DNA from: an uncultured Chloroflexia bacterium
GTDB taxonomy: Bacteria; Chloroflexota; Limnocylindria; Limnocylindrales; CSP1-4
Length of the DNA stretch: 64,000 nt
Direction of reading: 5' to 3'
Assembly: GCA_963728605.1 (NCBI GenBank)
Contig: CAVSKS010000009.1
Coordinates: forward strand, 397,447 to 461,446
A program made the position numbers and the translations under genes. Below are positions 55,297 to 63,542 of the stretch, in pieces. Every line of letters starts with the position of its first letter. Positions within the stretch are counted from its first letter, which is position 1. The notes under the pieces are model-generated. The model saw only the letters and a program-made list of their open reading frames with translations, ran no database searches and was not told where the DNA came from.

Positions 55297-56117
55297 TGCC
55301 GCCCGAACGCCTTCAGAAAGTCCTTGCCGCTGCGGGCGTCGCGTCGCGACGGGGAAGCGAGGAGCTGATCGCCGCCGGTCGGGTGTCGGTCGACGGGCAG
55401 ATCGCGGTGATCGGCCAGCAGGTCGACGCGGACACGGCAAGGATCGAGGTCGACGGGCAGCCGATCGCGGGCTCCACGGCCCGCATCTACCTGGCCCTCC
55501 ACAAGCCCATCGGCGTGACGTCCACTGTCCGCGACCGGCACGCCGAGCGGACGGTCATCGACCTCATCCCGACCGCGCTCCAGCCCGACGGCGCGCGCCT
55601 CTACCCGGTGGGCCGGCTCGACCAGGACTCGGAGGGCCTGCTCCTGCTCACCAACGATGGAGACTGGGCGGAGCGCGTGCTCCATCCACGGTTCGGGGTC
55701 GAACGCGAGTATGCGGTCGGCCTTGCCCGGCCGCTCGACGCCGATCGGTACGCCGCGTTGAACCGCGGCATCCCCCTCGACGAGGGGCTCGCCCGCCTGG
55801 CCCAGCCGCTGCGGCCGGCGACCCAGATCGAGACCCGCCGGCTGGAGCCCGTCCTCGACCCTGTTGCCCCGCCGTTGCACTGGTACCGGGCAGTTCTGGC
55901 CCAGGGCTGGAAGCGTCAGCTGCGCCGGATGTTCGGCGCCGTCGACGTGCCGATCGAACGGCTGGTTCGGGTCCGAATCGGGCCGATCTGGCTGCGCGAA
56001 CTGCGAAGCGGCCGGTCCCGACGGCTGTCGGGCGAGGAGGTCCGCCGGTTGCGACCGGGCCGCTCCGAGGACACCAGACGGCGTACGGCGAAGGGAGGGC
56101 GATCGTGGGATTCCTGA
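55296..56117 (+). CDS. rluB: pseudouridine synthase, RsuA/RluB family
   Basis: TGATG overlap. S4 domain RLQKVLAAAGVASRR. Catalytic GRLDQDSEGLLLLTNDG. Confidence 0.85.
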   Translation: MPPERLQKVLAAAGVASRRGSEELIAAGRVSVDGQIAVIGQQVDADTARIEVDGQPIAGSTARIYLALHKPIGVTSTVRDRHAERTVIDLIPTALQPDGARLYPVGRLDQDSEGLLLLTNDGDWAERVLHPRFGVEREYAVGLARPLDADRYAALNRGIPLDEGLARLAQPLRPATQIETRRLEPVLDPVAPPLHWYRAVLAQGWKRQLRRMFGAVDVPIERLVRVRIGPIWLRELRSGRSRRLSGEEVRRLRPGRSEDTRRRTAKGGRSWDS

Positions 56118-57016
56118 GGAAGCTTGCCGGGCGCGATCACGGACCCGAGTGGGCCCCGTTCTTCTCCGGCGCCCAGGGTCGCGAGTTCCTCGAATCCGTG
56201 GCCGCGGACCTTCGCCGCCGCGACCTCCAGTTCCGGGTCGGCGACGGGGTCGTCGACGTCGACGGTGGCGGTCAGCTGGGCCTGGCGAACCTGGCCCAGG
56301 TCTGCAACCAGGCCCCGCCGTCGGAGTGGGGAACCGTGATCGGCCGGCATTTCGACGCGATCCTGACCAAGGTCGACGAGGTGGAATTCCGGTCGGACTT
56401 CGAGGCCGCCCGGCCGCTCCTCAAGCCGCGGATCTACGGGGCCGGTGACCTGCCCGATGACGCGGAGATCGTGGCCTCACCGATCGGTGCCGGGCTGCTG
56501 TCCGTCCTGACCTACGACCTGCCGACGAGCGTCCGGACGATCCACCGCGACGATGCCGCCGCGTGGGCCATCCCGGTCGACGAGCTGTTCGCCATCGCCC
56601 TCGCCAACCTCGAGGGCGCACCGGACCGGCCGGAGCGGACGGAGATGCCGTTCGAGGGCGGGGGCGTCATCAGCCTGCTCCACGGCGAGAGCTTCTTCGT
56701 CGCCTCGGAGATCCTCCGTCTTCGCGAGCACCTTGGCGAGGCGCCAAACGGGGCGCTGGCAGCCACCCCCAACCGGCACGTCGTGCTGTTCCACCCGCTC
56801 GTCGACCTGTCGGCGATCAGCGCGGTCCAGTTCATGATCCAGATGACGATCGGGTTCCATCGCGATGGCCCGGGCTCGATCTCGCCCAACCTCTACTGGT
56901 GGCACGACGGCGCGATCACCGATCTGCCCTATGCCACCGATCGGAAGGGCGTCCAGTTCTACCCGCCCGATGCGTTCGTCGGCATGCTGAACGGCCTGCC
57001 GCCGCCTCCCGGCTGA
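56105..57016 (+). CDS. conserved-looking hypothetical protein (303 aa), no family recognised
   Basis: GTG 56105 overlaps the rluB end by 13 nt. Balanced composition and no TM helices. Confidence 0.5.
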   Translation: MGFLRKLAGRDHGPEWAPFFSGAQGREFLESVAADLRRRDLQFRVGDGVVDVDGGGQLGLANLAQVCNQAPPSEWGTVIGRHFDAILTKVDEVEFRSDFEAARPLLKPRIYGAGDLPDDAEIVASPIGAGLLSVLTYDLPTSVRTIHRDDAAAWAIPVDELFAIALANLEGAPDRPERTEMPFEGGGVISLLHGESFFVASEILRLREHLGEAPNGALAATPNRHVVLFHPLVDLSAISAVQFMIQMTIGFHRDGPGSISPNLYWWHDGAITDLPYATDRKGVQFYPPDAFVGMLNGLPPPPG

Positions 57017-57021
57017 GCCGC

Positions 57022-57027
57022 TATCCT
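57022..57027 (+). promoter_or_regulatory. -10-like TATCCT 6 nt upstream of cmk GTG
   Basis: TAnnnT hexamer; no SD before GTG 57034. Confidence 0.25.
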
Positions 57028-57033
57028 CCGGCG

Positions 57034-58470
57034 GTGGCACCACGACGCGGCCTCGTCGTTGCGCTCGACGGGCCCGGCTCGTCGGGCAAGAGCAGCGTTG
57101 GCGCCGCGGCGGCGCTGGAGCTCGGCTACCGGTTCTGCGACACGGGCCTGCTGTACCGGGCGGTCACCTGGCTGGGCATCCGGCGGGGGATAACACCCGA
57201 CGACGAGCGGCTGGTCGGGCTGGTGGCCGAAGTCGAGCTGGCGGCCGACGAGAACGGGCGGCTGGCGCGGGTCCTCGTCGATGGCGTCGACGAGACGGCC
57301 GATGTTCATACCGAAGCCGTCGATGCCGAGGTATCCGCCTATTCGCGGGTGCCGGAGCTCCGTGCCGCCCTGCTGGAGCGCCAGCGGGCGCTCGCGGCCG
57401 ACGGGCGGATCATCATGGCCGGCCGCGACATCGGGACGGTCGTCCTGCCCGATGCGGACCTCAAGCTGTATCTCAACGCCTCGGTCGAGGAGCGCGCCCG
57501 CCGCCGGGCCGAGGAGCGGGGGATCGATCCTGGCGAACGTGAGGGCCAGGCCATCCTGGCCGAACTGCGACGTCGCGACTCGCTCGACAGCACGCGCGCT
57601 GTGGCGCCGCTCCGGCCCGCGGACGACGCCCGACTCCTGAATACCGATGGCAACCGGTTCGAGGACACGGTGGCGATGGTCGTGGCCGAGATCCGCGCCG
57701 CGGAGCAACCGCCCGCCGAGGAGGCGTCTCCACGAGGGGCTGGCGCCGGCGGTCCGCCGATCGAGGACGACGTCACACCGCTGATTTCCGGCACCGCGCT
57801 CGTGGCCCGCCTCCTCGCCCGAGCGATCACCCGAATCCGGTTCGAGGGCGCCATCGACCGCATCCCGCGGGAGGGCCCGGTGATCTTCGCCGCCAACCAC
57901 ATCTCCAACGCCGATCCGGTGATCCTCGGTGCCTGGTTGACGCCACGGCTCGGCCGGCGGATGCATTGGCTCGCCAAGCGCGAGATCTTCGACTGGCCGG
58001 TCGTCGGCTGGCTGGCCCGCAACGGCGGCATCCACCCGGTCGATCGCTCCACGGCGGATGTCGAGGCCTTCAAGCTGGCCCGCCGGATCCTCGACGAGGG
58101 CCACCCGCTGTTCGTCTTTCCGGAGGGCACGCGGTCCCCGGACGGGGTGCTCCAGGAAGCCAAGGACGGCGTCGCGATGCTGGCCCTGCGGACGGGCGCG
58201 GTCATCGTCCCGATCGGGATCTCCGGTTCGGACCGGGTGTGGCCCAGGGGCCAGAAGCTGCCAAGGCCCGGTGGCCGGGTGACGGTCAGGGTGGGGGAGC
58301 CGTTCCGGCTGATCGATGCGTTCCCGGACGGGGCCAAGGGACGCGAGGGTAAAGCGGCGGCCACCCGCCTGATCATGACCCGCATCGCCGAGCTGCTCGA
58401 CCCGCGGCATCGAGGCCGGTATGGAATTCCGGAGGAGCGACCCGAGCCGGCGATGCCGCGCATGCGCTGA
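57034..58470 (+). CDS. cmk: fusion ORF: cytidylate kinase (N) plus 1-acyl-sn-glycerol-3-phosphate acyltransferase PlsC-like (C)
   Basis: N-terminal ALDGPGSSGKSSVG..CDTGLLYRA..GRDIGTVV. C-terminal FAANHISNADPV (HX4D) and VFPEGTRSPDG. A single frame with no stop or obvious internal start in the linker. Confidence 0.8.
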   Translation: MAPRRGLVVALDGPGSSGKSSVGAAAALELGYRFCDTGLLYRAVTWLGIRRGITPDDERLVGLVAEVELAADENGRLARVLVDGVDETADVHTEAVDAEVSAYSRVPELRAALLERQRALAADGRIIMAGRDIGTVVLPDADLKLYLNASVEERARRRAEERGIDPGEREGQAILAELRRRDSLDSTRAVAPLRPADDARLLNTDGNRFEDTVAMVVAEIRAAEQPPAEEASPRGAGAGGPPIEDDVTPLISGTALVARLLARAITRIRFEGAIDRIPREGPVIFAANHISNADPVILGAWLTPRLGRRMHWLAKREIFDWPVVGWLARNGGIHPVDRSTADVEAFKLARRILDEGHPLFVFPEGTRSPDGVLQEAKDGVAMLALRTGAVIVPIGISGSDRVWPRGQKLPRPGGRVTVRVGEPFRLIDAFPDGAKGREGKAAATRLIMTRIAELLDPRHRGRYGIPEERPEPAMPRMR

Positions 58471-58584
58471 GTGCAAGTGACATCACGCTGAGCGACTCTG
58501 ACGGTGGCGTCCCAGCCCAATCCCTCGATGGTGGCCGACTCCCCTGGCTGTACCGGCACCCTTCGAGGTACTAACCTCGGCTTG

Positions 58585-59121
58585 ATGGCTCGTCCACTCG
58601 ATCGCGTTGAACCTACCGGACCTCAACTCGCTCAGACGTTGCGCGCCCTGCTGCCCAAGACGAGGCATGAGTCGTTCGACGGCATGGCGGAGCTGTACAC
58701 CCCGGACGGCGACGACATCTCGCAATGCGGCGCCCTGATGTCGTTGACCGGGGCGTTCAACGAGTGTCTCGCAGCCCGTGAGATGGATGAGGTGGGAGCG
58801 ATCCTCAACCTGATGGACGATCTCCTGGAGGCTTTCCCATCGGGACTGGGCATCTATAACAGCGTTCTCACCTGTTTCTTCGAATCCATCCTGCCGGTCC
58901 CACGTGGCGTGCATCGACAGGTCATACCCATGCTCGGCCCCAGGATTCGCACATACGCCAAGCGCTTCGAGCCACCATGGCTCGAGCCGGAACCGATCAG
59001 ACACTACGCCCCGTTCTCACCCGACTGGTCAAAAGACCTGAGCGCGGATATCGACGACATCAGGCGGGCGGCCAAGGCCTACTTCGAGTCGAGCGGGCCC
59101 ACTGAGGAGCGCGAACCCTGA
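58585..59121 (+). CDS. orphan hypothetical protein (178 aa) in a lower-GC segment
   Basis: ATG 58585. Plausible globular composition (..LMSLTGAFNECLAAREMDEVGAILNLMDDLLEAFPSGLGIYNSVLTCFFESI..). No family recognised. Confidence 0.5.
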   Translation: MARPLDRVEPTGPQLAQTLRALLPKTRHESFDGMAELYTPDGDDISQCGALMSLTGAFNECLAAREMDEVGAILNLMDDLLEAFPSGLGIYNSVLTCFFESILPVPRGVHRQVIPMLGPRIRTYAKRFEPPWLEPEPIRHYAPFSPDWSKDLSADIDDIRRAAKAYFESSGPTEEREP

Positions 59122-59537
59122 CCGCGGGCACGCGTGACATTCCCGCACGCTGACTGAAGCGGGCTCAGTGTCACCAACTGGTGGCCAGATTTTCACCGGG
59201 AGAACGCTAGGCCGCGATTTCGCCGCCAGGCAGCAGACTTCGAGCGTGGACCACAGGGCGCCGTAGCGGATCCGTGGCCTGACGCTCATCCCGCGCAAAT
59301 CTGGCCGCAAACGTGTCGTGGGGAGGCACGGCGTCGCGGACGGCGGAGTTAACGCTGCAGGAGCAGCGCACCCCGGCCGCGGCGCGGAGGTTTGCGATAG
59401 TGCTTCCCGGAGGAGCGTATGCGAGAAACTCGCCCCGGAGGCGGGTGCGGCAGCGCTAGCGTTGCCACGCAACGTGCGACTTGCAAGGAACACGTAATCG
59501 GGCGATTCGGCCGAGTCGTGCGATACTTGAACCGAAC

Positions 59538-60488
59538 ATGGGAACCGTCGAAACCATCCAAATCGCGAAGCGCACCGGGTTCTGCTACGGGGTCCGCGAG
59601 GCCATCGACAAGGCCAAGGAGGCCTCGGCCGCGGGCAAGACCACGCATACCCTCGGCCAGGTCGTCCACAACGAGGGCGTGATCTCCGACCTCGAGCAGC
59701 TGGGCATCAAGACCGTCGACACGCTCGACGATGTCGACCACGGGGCCGCGGTCGTGATCCGGGCCCATGGCGTTCGGCCGGACGTGATGGAGCGCGCCAG
59801 CGCCAAGGGTCTCGAGGTCATCGACGGCACCTGCACCTGGGTCATCCAGGAGCAGAAGGAGCTGGTAAAGCTCGTCGAGGAGGGCTACACGATCGTCCTC
59901 CTCGGAACGCCAAAGCATCCAGAGGTCGTCGGCCTGCTCGGCTTCGCCCCGGACGCGATCGTGGTCGACGAAGAGGACGACTGGGACCGGATCCCGCGCA
60001 AGAAGAAGATGGCGCTGATCTCCCAGTCGACCCAGCCGCCCTGGAAGTTCGAGAAGCTCGCCGCCTACATGGTCTCGCGCAGCCACGAGCTCAAGATCGT
60101 CAACACCGTCTGCCCGGTCACGATCCGGCGCCAGGAGGATACCCTCGAGGCGGCCCGCGAGGTCGACATGATGGTCGTCGTCGGTGGCCGGTCCAGCGCC
60201 AACACCAAGGAGCTGACCCGGCTGTGCGGCATCGCCGGCACGCCGGCCATCCAGATCGAGGGCGTCCGTGACCTGACCGACGCGTCGGCCTTCGGGGAGG
60301 CCCGGATCGTCGGCGTCACCGGCGGCACGTCGACGCCGATCGAGGACCTCCACGCGGTCGCTCGCCGCATCCTCGAGCTTGCCGGCACGCCGGAAGCCGC
60401 CGCGCGGGCCGATGAGCTGGCGTCGGCCGCCCTGGCCGCCGCCGCGACGCCGGCCGGCCGGACCACGTCACTGCCGAAGTCGGCCTGA
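59538..60488 (+). CDS. ispH: 4-hydroxy-3-methylbut-2-enyl diphosphate reductase
   Basis: GFCYGVREAI, VHNEGV, IDGTCTWV, NTVCPVT, VVVGGRSSANTKEL. Confidence 0.9.
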   Translation: MGTVETIQIAKRTGFCYGVREAIDKAKEASAAGKTTHTLGQVVHNEGVISDLEQLGIKTVDTLDDVDHGAAVVIRAHGVRPDVMERASAKGLEVIDGTCTWVIQEQKELVKLVEEGYTIVLLGTPKHPEVVGLLGFAPDAIVVDEEDDWDRIPRKKKMALISQSTQPPWKFEKLAAYMVSRSHELKIVNTVCPVTIRRQEDTLEAAREVDMMVVVGGRSSANTKELTRLCGIAGTPAIQIEGVRDLTDASAFGEARIVGVTGGTSTPIEDLHAVARRILELAGTPEAAARADELASAALAAAATPAGRTTSLPKSA

Positions 60489-60493
60489 GCTCC

Positions 60494-60550
60494 GTGGCCC
60501 CGTCGGTCCCCGAGCGGGGGATTCCCATCGTTGCCATCGTTGGGCGAGTC
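60494..60550 (+). pseudogene. relic 5' fragment of a der-like gene (encodes ..[12 protein letters not shown] then diverges)
   Basis: 10 codons at 60518-60547 match der codons 60646-60675 ([10 protein letters not shown]). Residues are 9/10 identical, and 6 of the 7 nt differences are synonymous third-position changes. Confidence 0.45.
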
Positions 60551-60615
60551 CTCGGACCGATGGCTAGCAGGGGCGTCGCCTCGGTCCTCCGAAGGCGCCG
60601 TGCTGTAGCCGCAGA

Positions 60616-62226
60616 GTGGACTCCTCGACGGTGATCGCGGAGAAGGGACTTCCCATCGTCGCGATCGTCGGCCGTCCAAACGTTGGAAAGAGCACGCTCT
60701 TCAACCGGATCGTCGGTGGCCGGACCGCGATCGTCGAGGATCGCGCGAGGACGACGCGCGATCGCCTGTACGGCGACGCCGAGTGGAACGGCCGGCGGTT
60801 CATCGTCGTCGACACCGGCGGCCTGGAGGTGGCACCGGGCGACCCGATCGAGATGAAGGTCCAGGAGCAGGCCAGGCTCGCCATCGCCGAGGCGGATGTC
60901 ATCCTGTTCATGGTCGATGCCGCGACCGGTATGACCCCCGCGGACGAGGAGGCGGCCGAGCTGCTCCGTACCGCCCGGGCGCCCGTCCTGGTCGCCGCCA
61001 ACAAGGCCGACAACGAGAAGCGCGAGCTCGAGGCGGCCGAATTCCATCGATTCGGCTGGGACGACACCTTTGCCGTCTCCGCGGCCCATGGCCGGAACGT
61101 GGCGGACCTGCTCGATGCCCTCGTCTGGGCCCTGCCGCCCGAAAGCGAGGAGGAGCGGTCGCGCAAGATCCGCGAGGCCGAGACCGAAGCCTGGGAGAAG
61201 GACGTCGCCGCCGGCCGGCTCGAGCCATGGGTCGTCGGCGGGGACGAAGAGACCGACGAGGGATCGGACGACGACGAACCCGCTGACGACGTCGCGGCTC
61301 GATGGGATGCCGAGATCGCCGCCGAGGCGGACCAGTCGCCCGCGGCGATCTGTTTCGTCGGCCGCCCCAACGTCGGCAAATCGTCGCTCCTCAACGCCCT
61401 GCTCGGCGAGGAGCGGACCATCGTCTCGGAGATCCCGGGAACGACCCGCGATACGATCGACACCCGGCTCAAGTGGGGTCGGAGCGAGATCGTCCTGATC
61501 GACACGGCCGGCATCCGACGCCGCGGCAAGGTGGCCTCCGGACCGGCCGCCGAGAAGTACTCGACGCTCCGCTCACTCAAGGCGATCACCCGGGCGGACG
61601 TCGCGGTGCTGGTCATCGACGCGGTGGAGGGCCTGACCGCCCAGGACGCCCACGTCGCGGGCTACGTCGTCGAGGAGGGCCGTGGCCTCGTCGTCGCGGT
61701 GAACAAGTGGGACCTGGTCGCGGAGAAGACAGACAAGACCTTCGACCAGTACGTCGAGTGGATCCGCAACGAGGTGCCGTTCCTCGACTTCGCGCCGGTC
61801 GTCTCGATCAGCGCCAAGACCGGTCAGCGGGTGGGCAAGGTGCTCGAGGCCGCGGTCGACATCTGGGGCGAGCGCCGCAAGCGGATCCCGACCGGTGAGC
61901 TGAACCGGCTGGTCATCGACGCCGTCGAGCGCAACGTCCCGCCGATCGTCAAGGGCAAGCGGCCCAAGATCTTCTACGCGACCCAGGCGGCCGTCGCGCC
62001 GCCGACGTTCGTGTTCTTCACCAGGGCCGCAGCCGCCGTCCACTTCAGCTACCGGCGCTACCTCGAGAACCGGCTGCGGGAGGCGTTCGGGTTCGACGGG
62101 ACGCCGATCAAGCTCGTCTTCCGGGAGCGCGAGTCGGCGAAGCTGCCGCGCCGCAAGCGACGCAACCCACACGGTCGGCGTACGACTGCAGCCCGGACGG
62201 TGGCCAGACCCAAAGCCCGAGGGTGA
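60616..62226 (+). CDS. der: ribosome-biogenesis GTPase Der (EngA) with acidic inter-domain insert and basic C-terminal tail
   Basis: Two G domains ([14 protein letters not shown]; [14 protein letters not shown]) plus a KH-like C-terminus. GTG 60616; in-frame GTG 60631 is an alternative start. Confidence 0.9.
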   Translation: MDSSTVIAEKGLPIVAIVGRPNVGKSTLFNRIVGGRTAIVEDRARTTRDRLYGDAEWNGRRFIVVDTGGLEVAPGDPIEMKVQEQARLAIAEADVILFMVDAATGMTPADEEAAELLRTARAPVLVAANKADNEKRELEAAEFHRFGWDDTFAVSAAHGRNVADLLDALVWALPPESEEERSRKIREAETEAWEKDVAAGRLEPWVVGGDEETDEGSDDDEPADDVAARWDAEIAAEADQSPAAICFVGRPNVGKSSLLNALLGEERTIVSEIPGTTRDTIDTRLKWGRSEIVLIDTAGIRRRGKVASGPAAEKYSTLRSLKAITRADVAVLVIDAVEGLTAQDAHVAGYVVEEGRGLVVAVNKWDLVAEKTDKTFDQYVEWIRNEVPFLDFAPVVSISAKTGQRVGKVLEAAVDIWGERRKRIPTGELNRLVIDAVERNVPPIVKGKRPKIFYATQAAVAPPTFVFFTRAAAAVHFSYRRYLENRLREAFGFDGTPIKLVFRERESAKLPRRKRRNPHGRRTTAARTVARPKARG

Positions 62227-62377
62227 TTGTGCGGGGGTTGCCAGCGTGCAACGCTGTGGTTGCGCACGGGCACCGCGCACCCCCCAGCAGTGCCCGGGCG
62301 CTAATACGGTACCTTCACCGCTTGACGCCGCCGGGCACGCCCGGTCTATCCTCCGTGCCTGCCCGAGGACACCCCCC

Positions 62378-62968
62378 GTGTCGTACATCCCCCCCGACGC
62401 CGCGACGTTCATTGCACGCGTGGCCGCCCAGCCCTGCTGCGCCGCGATCACCGGCGAGGATCACATCGCCGCCGCGCTGACGAGCCAGGCCGAGATCATC
62501 TTCGTACTCCGCGGCAACGGCCTGGCGATCTCGCATCTCGTCCGGCAGATCCATGACGCGGGCAAGCTCGCCGCGGTCCACGTCGACCTCGTGACCGGCT
62601 TGAAGGCTGACCGCTCGAGTGTCGGCTGGCTGGCCAAGGCCGGCGTCGACGCCGTCATCAGTTCGCACGGCCAGCTCATGCCGGCGATCCGGCACGAGGG
62701 CATGACCGCCATCCACCGGTTGCTCCTCGTCCGGCGCAGCCAGCTCGACAACGCGGTCGCCGCGATCGGCCGGTCGGCGCCGAACATCGTCGAGATCCTG
62801 CCCGGAGTGATCCTGCCGTCGGTACTGCCGTTGATGCCGCGGTTCGACGTCCCGGTCCTGGCGGGCGGTTTCGTACGGACGGCCGCTGACGTCCAGGCCG
62901 TCCTGTCGGCCGGTGCCCTCGGCATCACCACCAGCTCACAGGCGCTGTGGGGCCTCCATGCCAACTGA
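62378..62968 (+). CDS. GlpP-family (glycerol-3-phosphate-responsive antiterminator-like, G3P_antiterm) protein
   Basis: GTG 62378 lies 8 nt after GAGGA. IFVLRGNGLAISHLVRQIHDAGKLAAVHVDLVTGL..GVDAVISS..AIHRLLLV..IVEILPGV..PVLAGGFVRT..ITTSSQALW parallels Bacillus GlpP by eye. Confidence 0.65.
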   Translation: MSYIPPDAATFIARVAAQPCCAAITGEDHIAAALTSQAEIIFVLRGNGLAISHLVRQIHDAGKLAAVHVDLVTGLKADRSSVGWLAKAGVDAVISSHGQLMPAIRHEGMTAIHRLLLVRRSQLDNAVAAIGRSAPNIVEILPGVILPSVLPLMPRFDVPVLAGGFVRTAADVQAVLSAGALGITTSSQALWGLHAN

Positions 62969-62969
62969 C

Positions 62970-63530
62970 ATGGCTCGCCCGCAGCTCCCGCCCGTGCTCA
63001 TCGCCGCCGACGGGCGCCACTCGCTCCACGTCCCGGCGGACATCGGGGCGGGGTTGCTGCTGCGGGACACGGACCTCGCCACGCTCGTCCATCGGGTCAA
63101 GGCCGATGGCCCACCCGAAGCCGTGGACCTCGACAGCGTCGGCGGGCTGGGCGGCGACGACGCCGCGGTCGACTTCGTCACCACCAGGCTGGGAATCCGG
63201 ATCGTGCTGACGCGCCGACCGCAGCTTGCCGCCCGCGTCGCCGAGCACGGCCACCTCGGCCTCGTCCATGTGTTCGCTTACGACTCCACCGGGATGGCCC
63301 GCTCGTTGGAGAGCCACCCCCGGCTCGATGGCGTCGGCAGCGTCCTCTCGCCGGGCCTGGTGATCGCCCACCTCCGAGACGACGAGCTGGCGGTGATTCC
63401 GCGGCCGCTGCTCGCCTATGGCCTGATCGACGACGTCGACGACGCCCACGCCTGCGCCCGGCTGGCCGATGGGATCGTGGTCCGGCCGGTCATCGCCGCC
63501 AGGCTCGCCGCCCAGCTCGTCATCACCTAG
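62970..63530 (+). CDS. second, more diverged GlpP-family paralogue
   Basis: ATG lies 1 nt after the upstream stop. LLLRDTDLATLVHRVKADG..AVDLDSVGGL..VDFV..RIVLTRR..VHVFAYDS..SVLSPGL..LLAYGLI shows the same block order as GlpP. Confidence 0.5.
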   Translation: MARPQLPPVLIAADGRHSLHVPADIGAGLLLRDTDLATLVHRVKADGPPEAVDLDSVGGLGGDDAAVDFVTTRLGIRIVLTRRPQLAARVAEHGHLGLVHVFAYDSTGMARSLESHPRLDGVGSVLSPGLVIAHLRDDELAVIPRPLLAYGLIDDVDDAHACARLADGIVVRPVIAARLAAQLVIT

Positions 63531-63542
63531 GCCGCTCGCCGA

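Noticed and set aside
58483-59004. 173-aa minus-strand ORF opposite the orphan gene
   Set aside because: The + strand ORF 58585-59121 has the more protein-like composition and codon pattern. The minus ORF is Arg/Gly/His-rich and lacks an SD.
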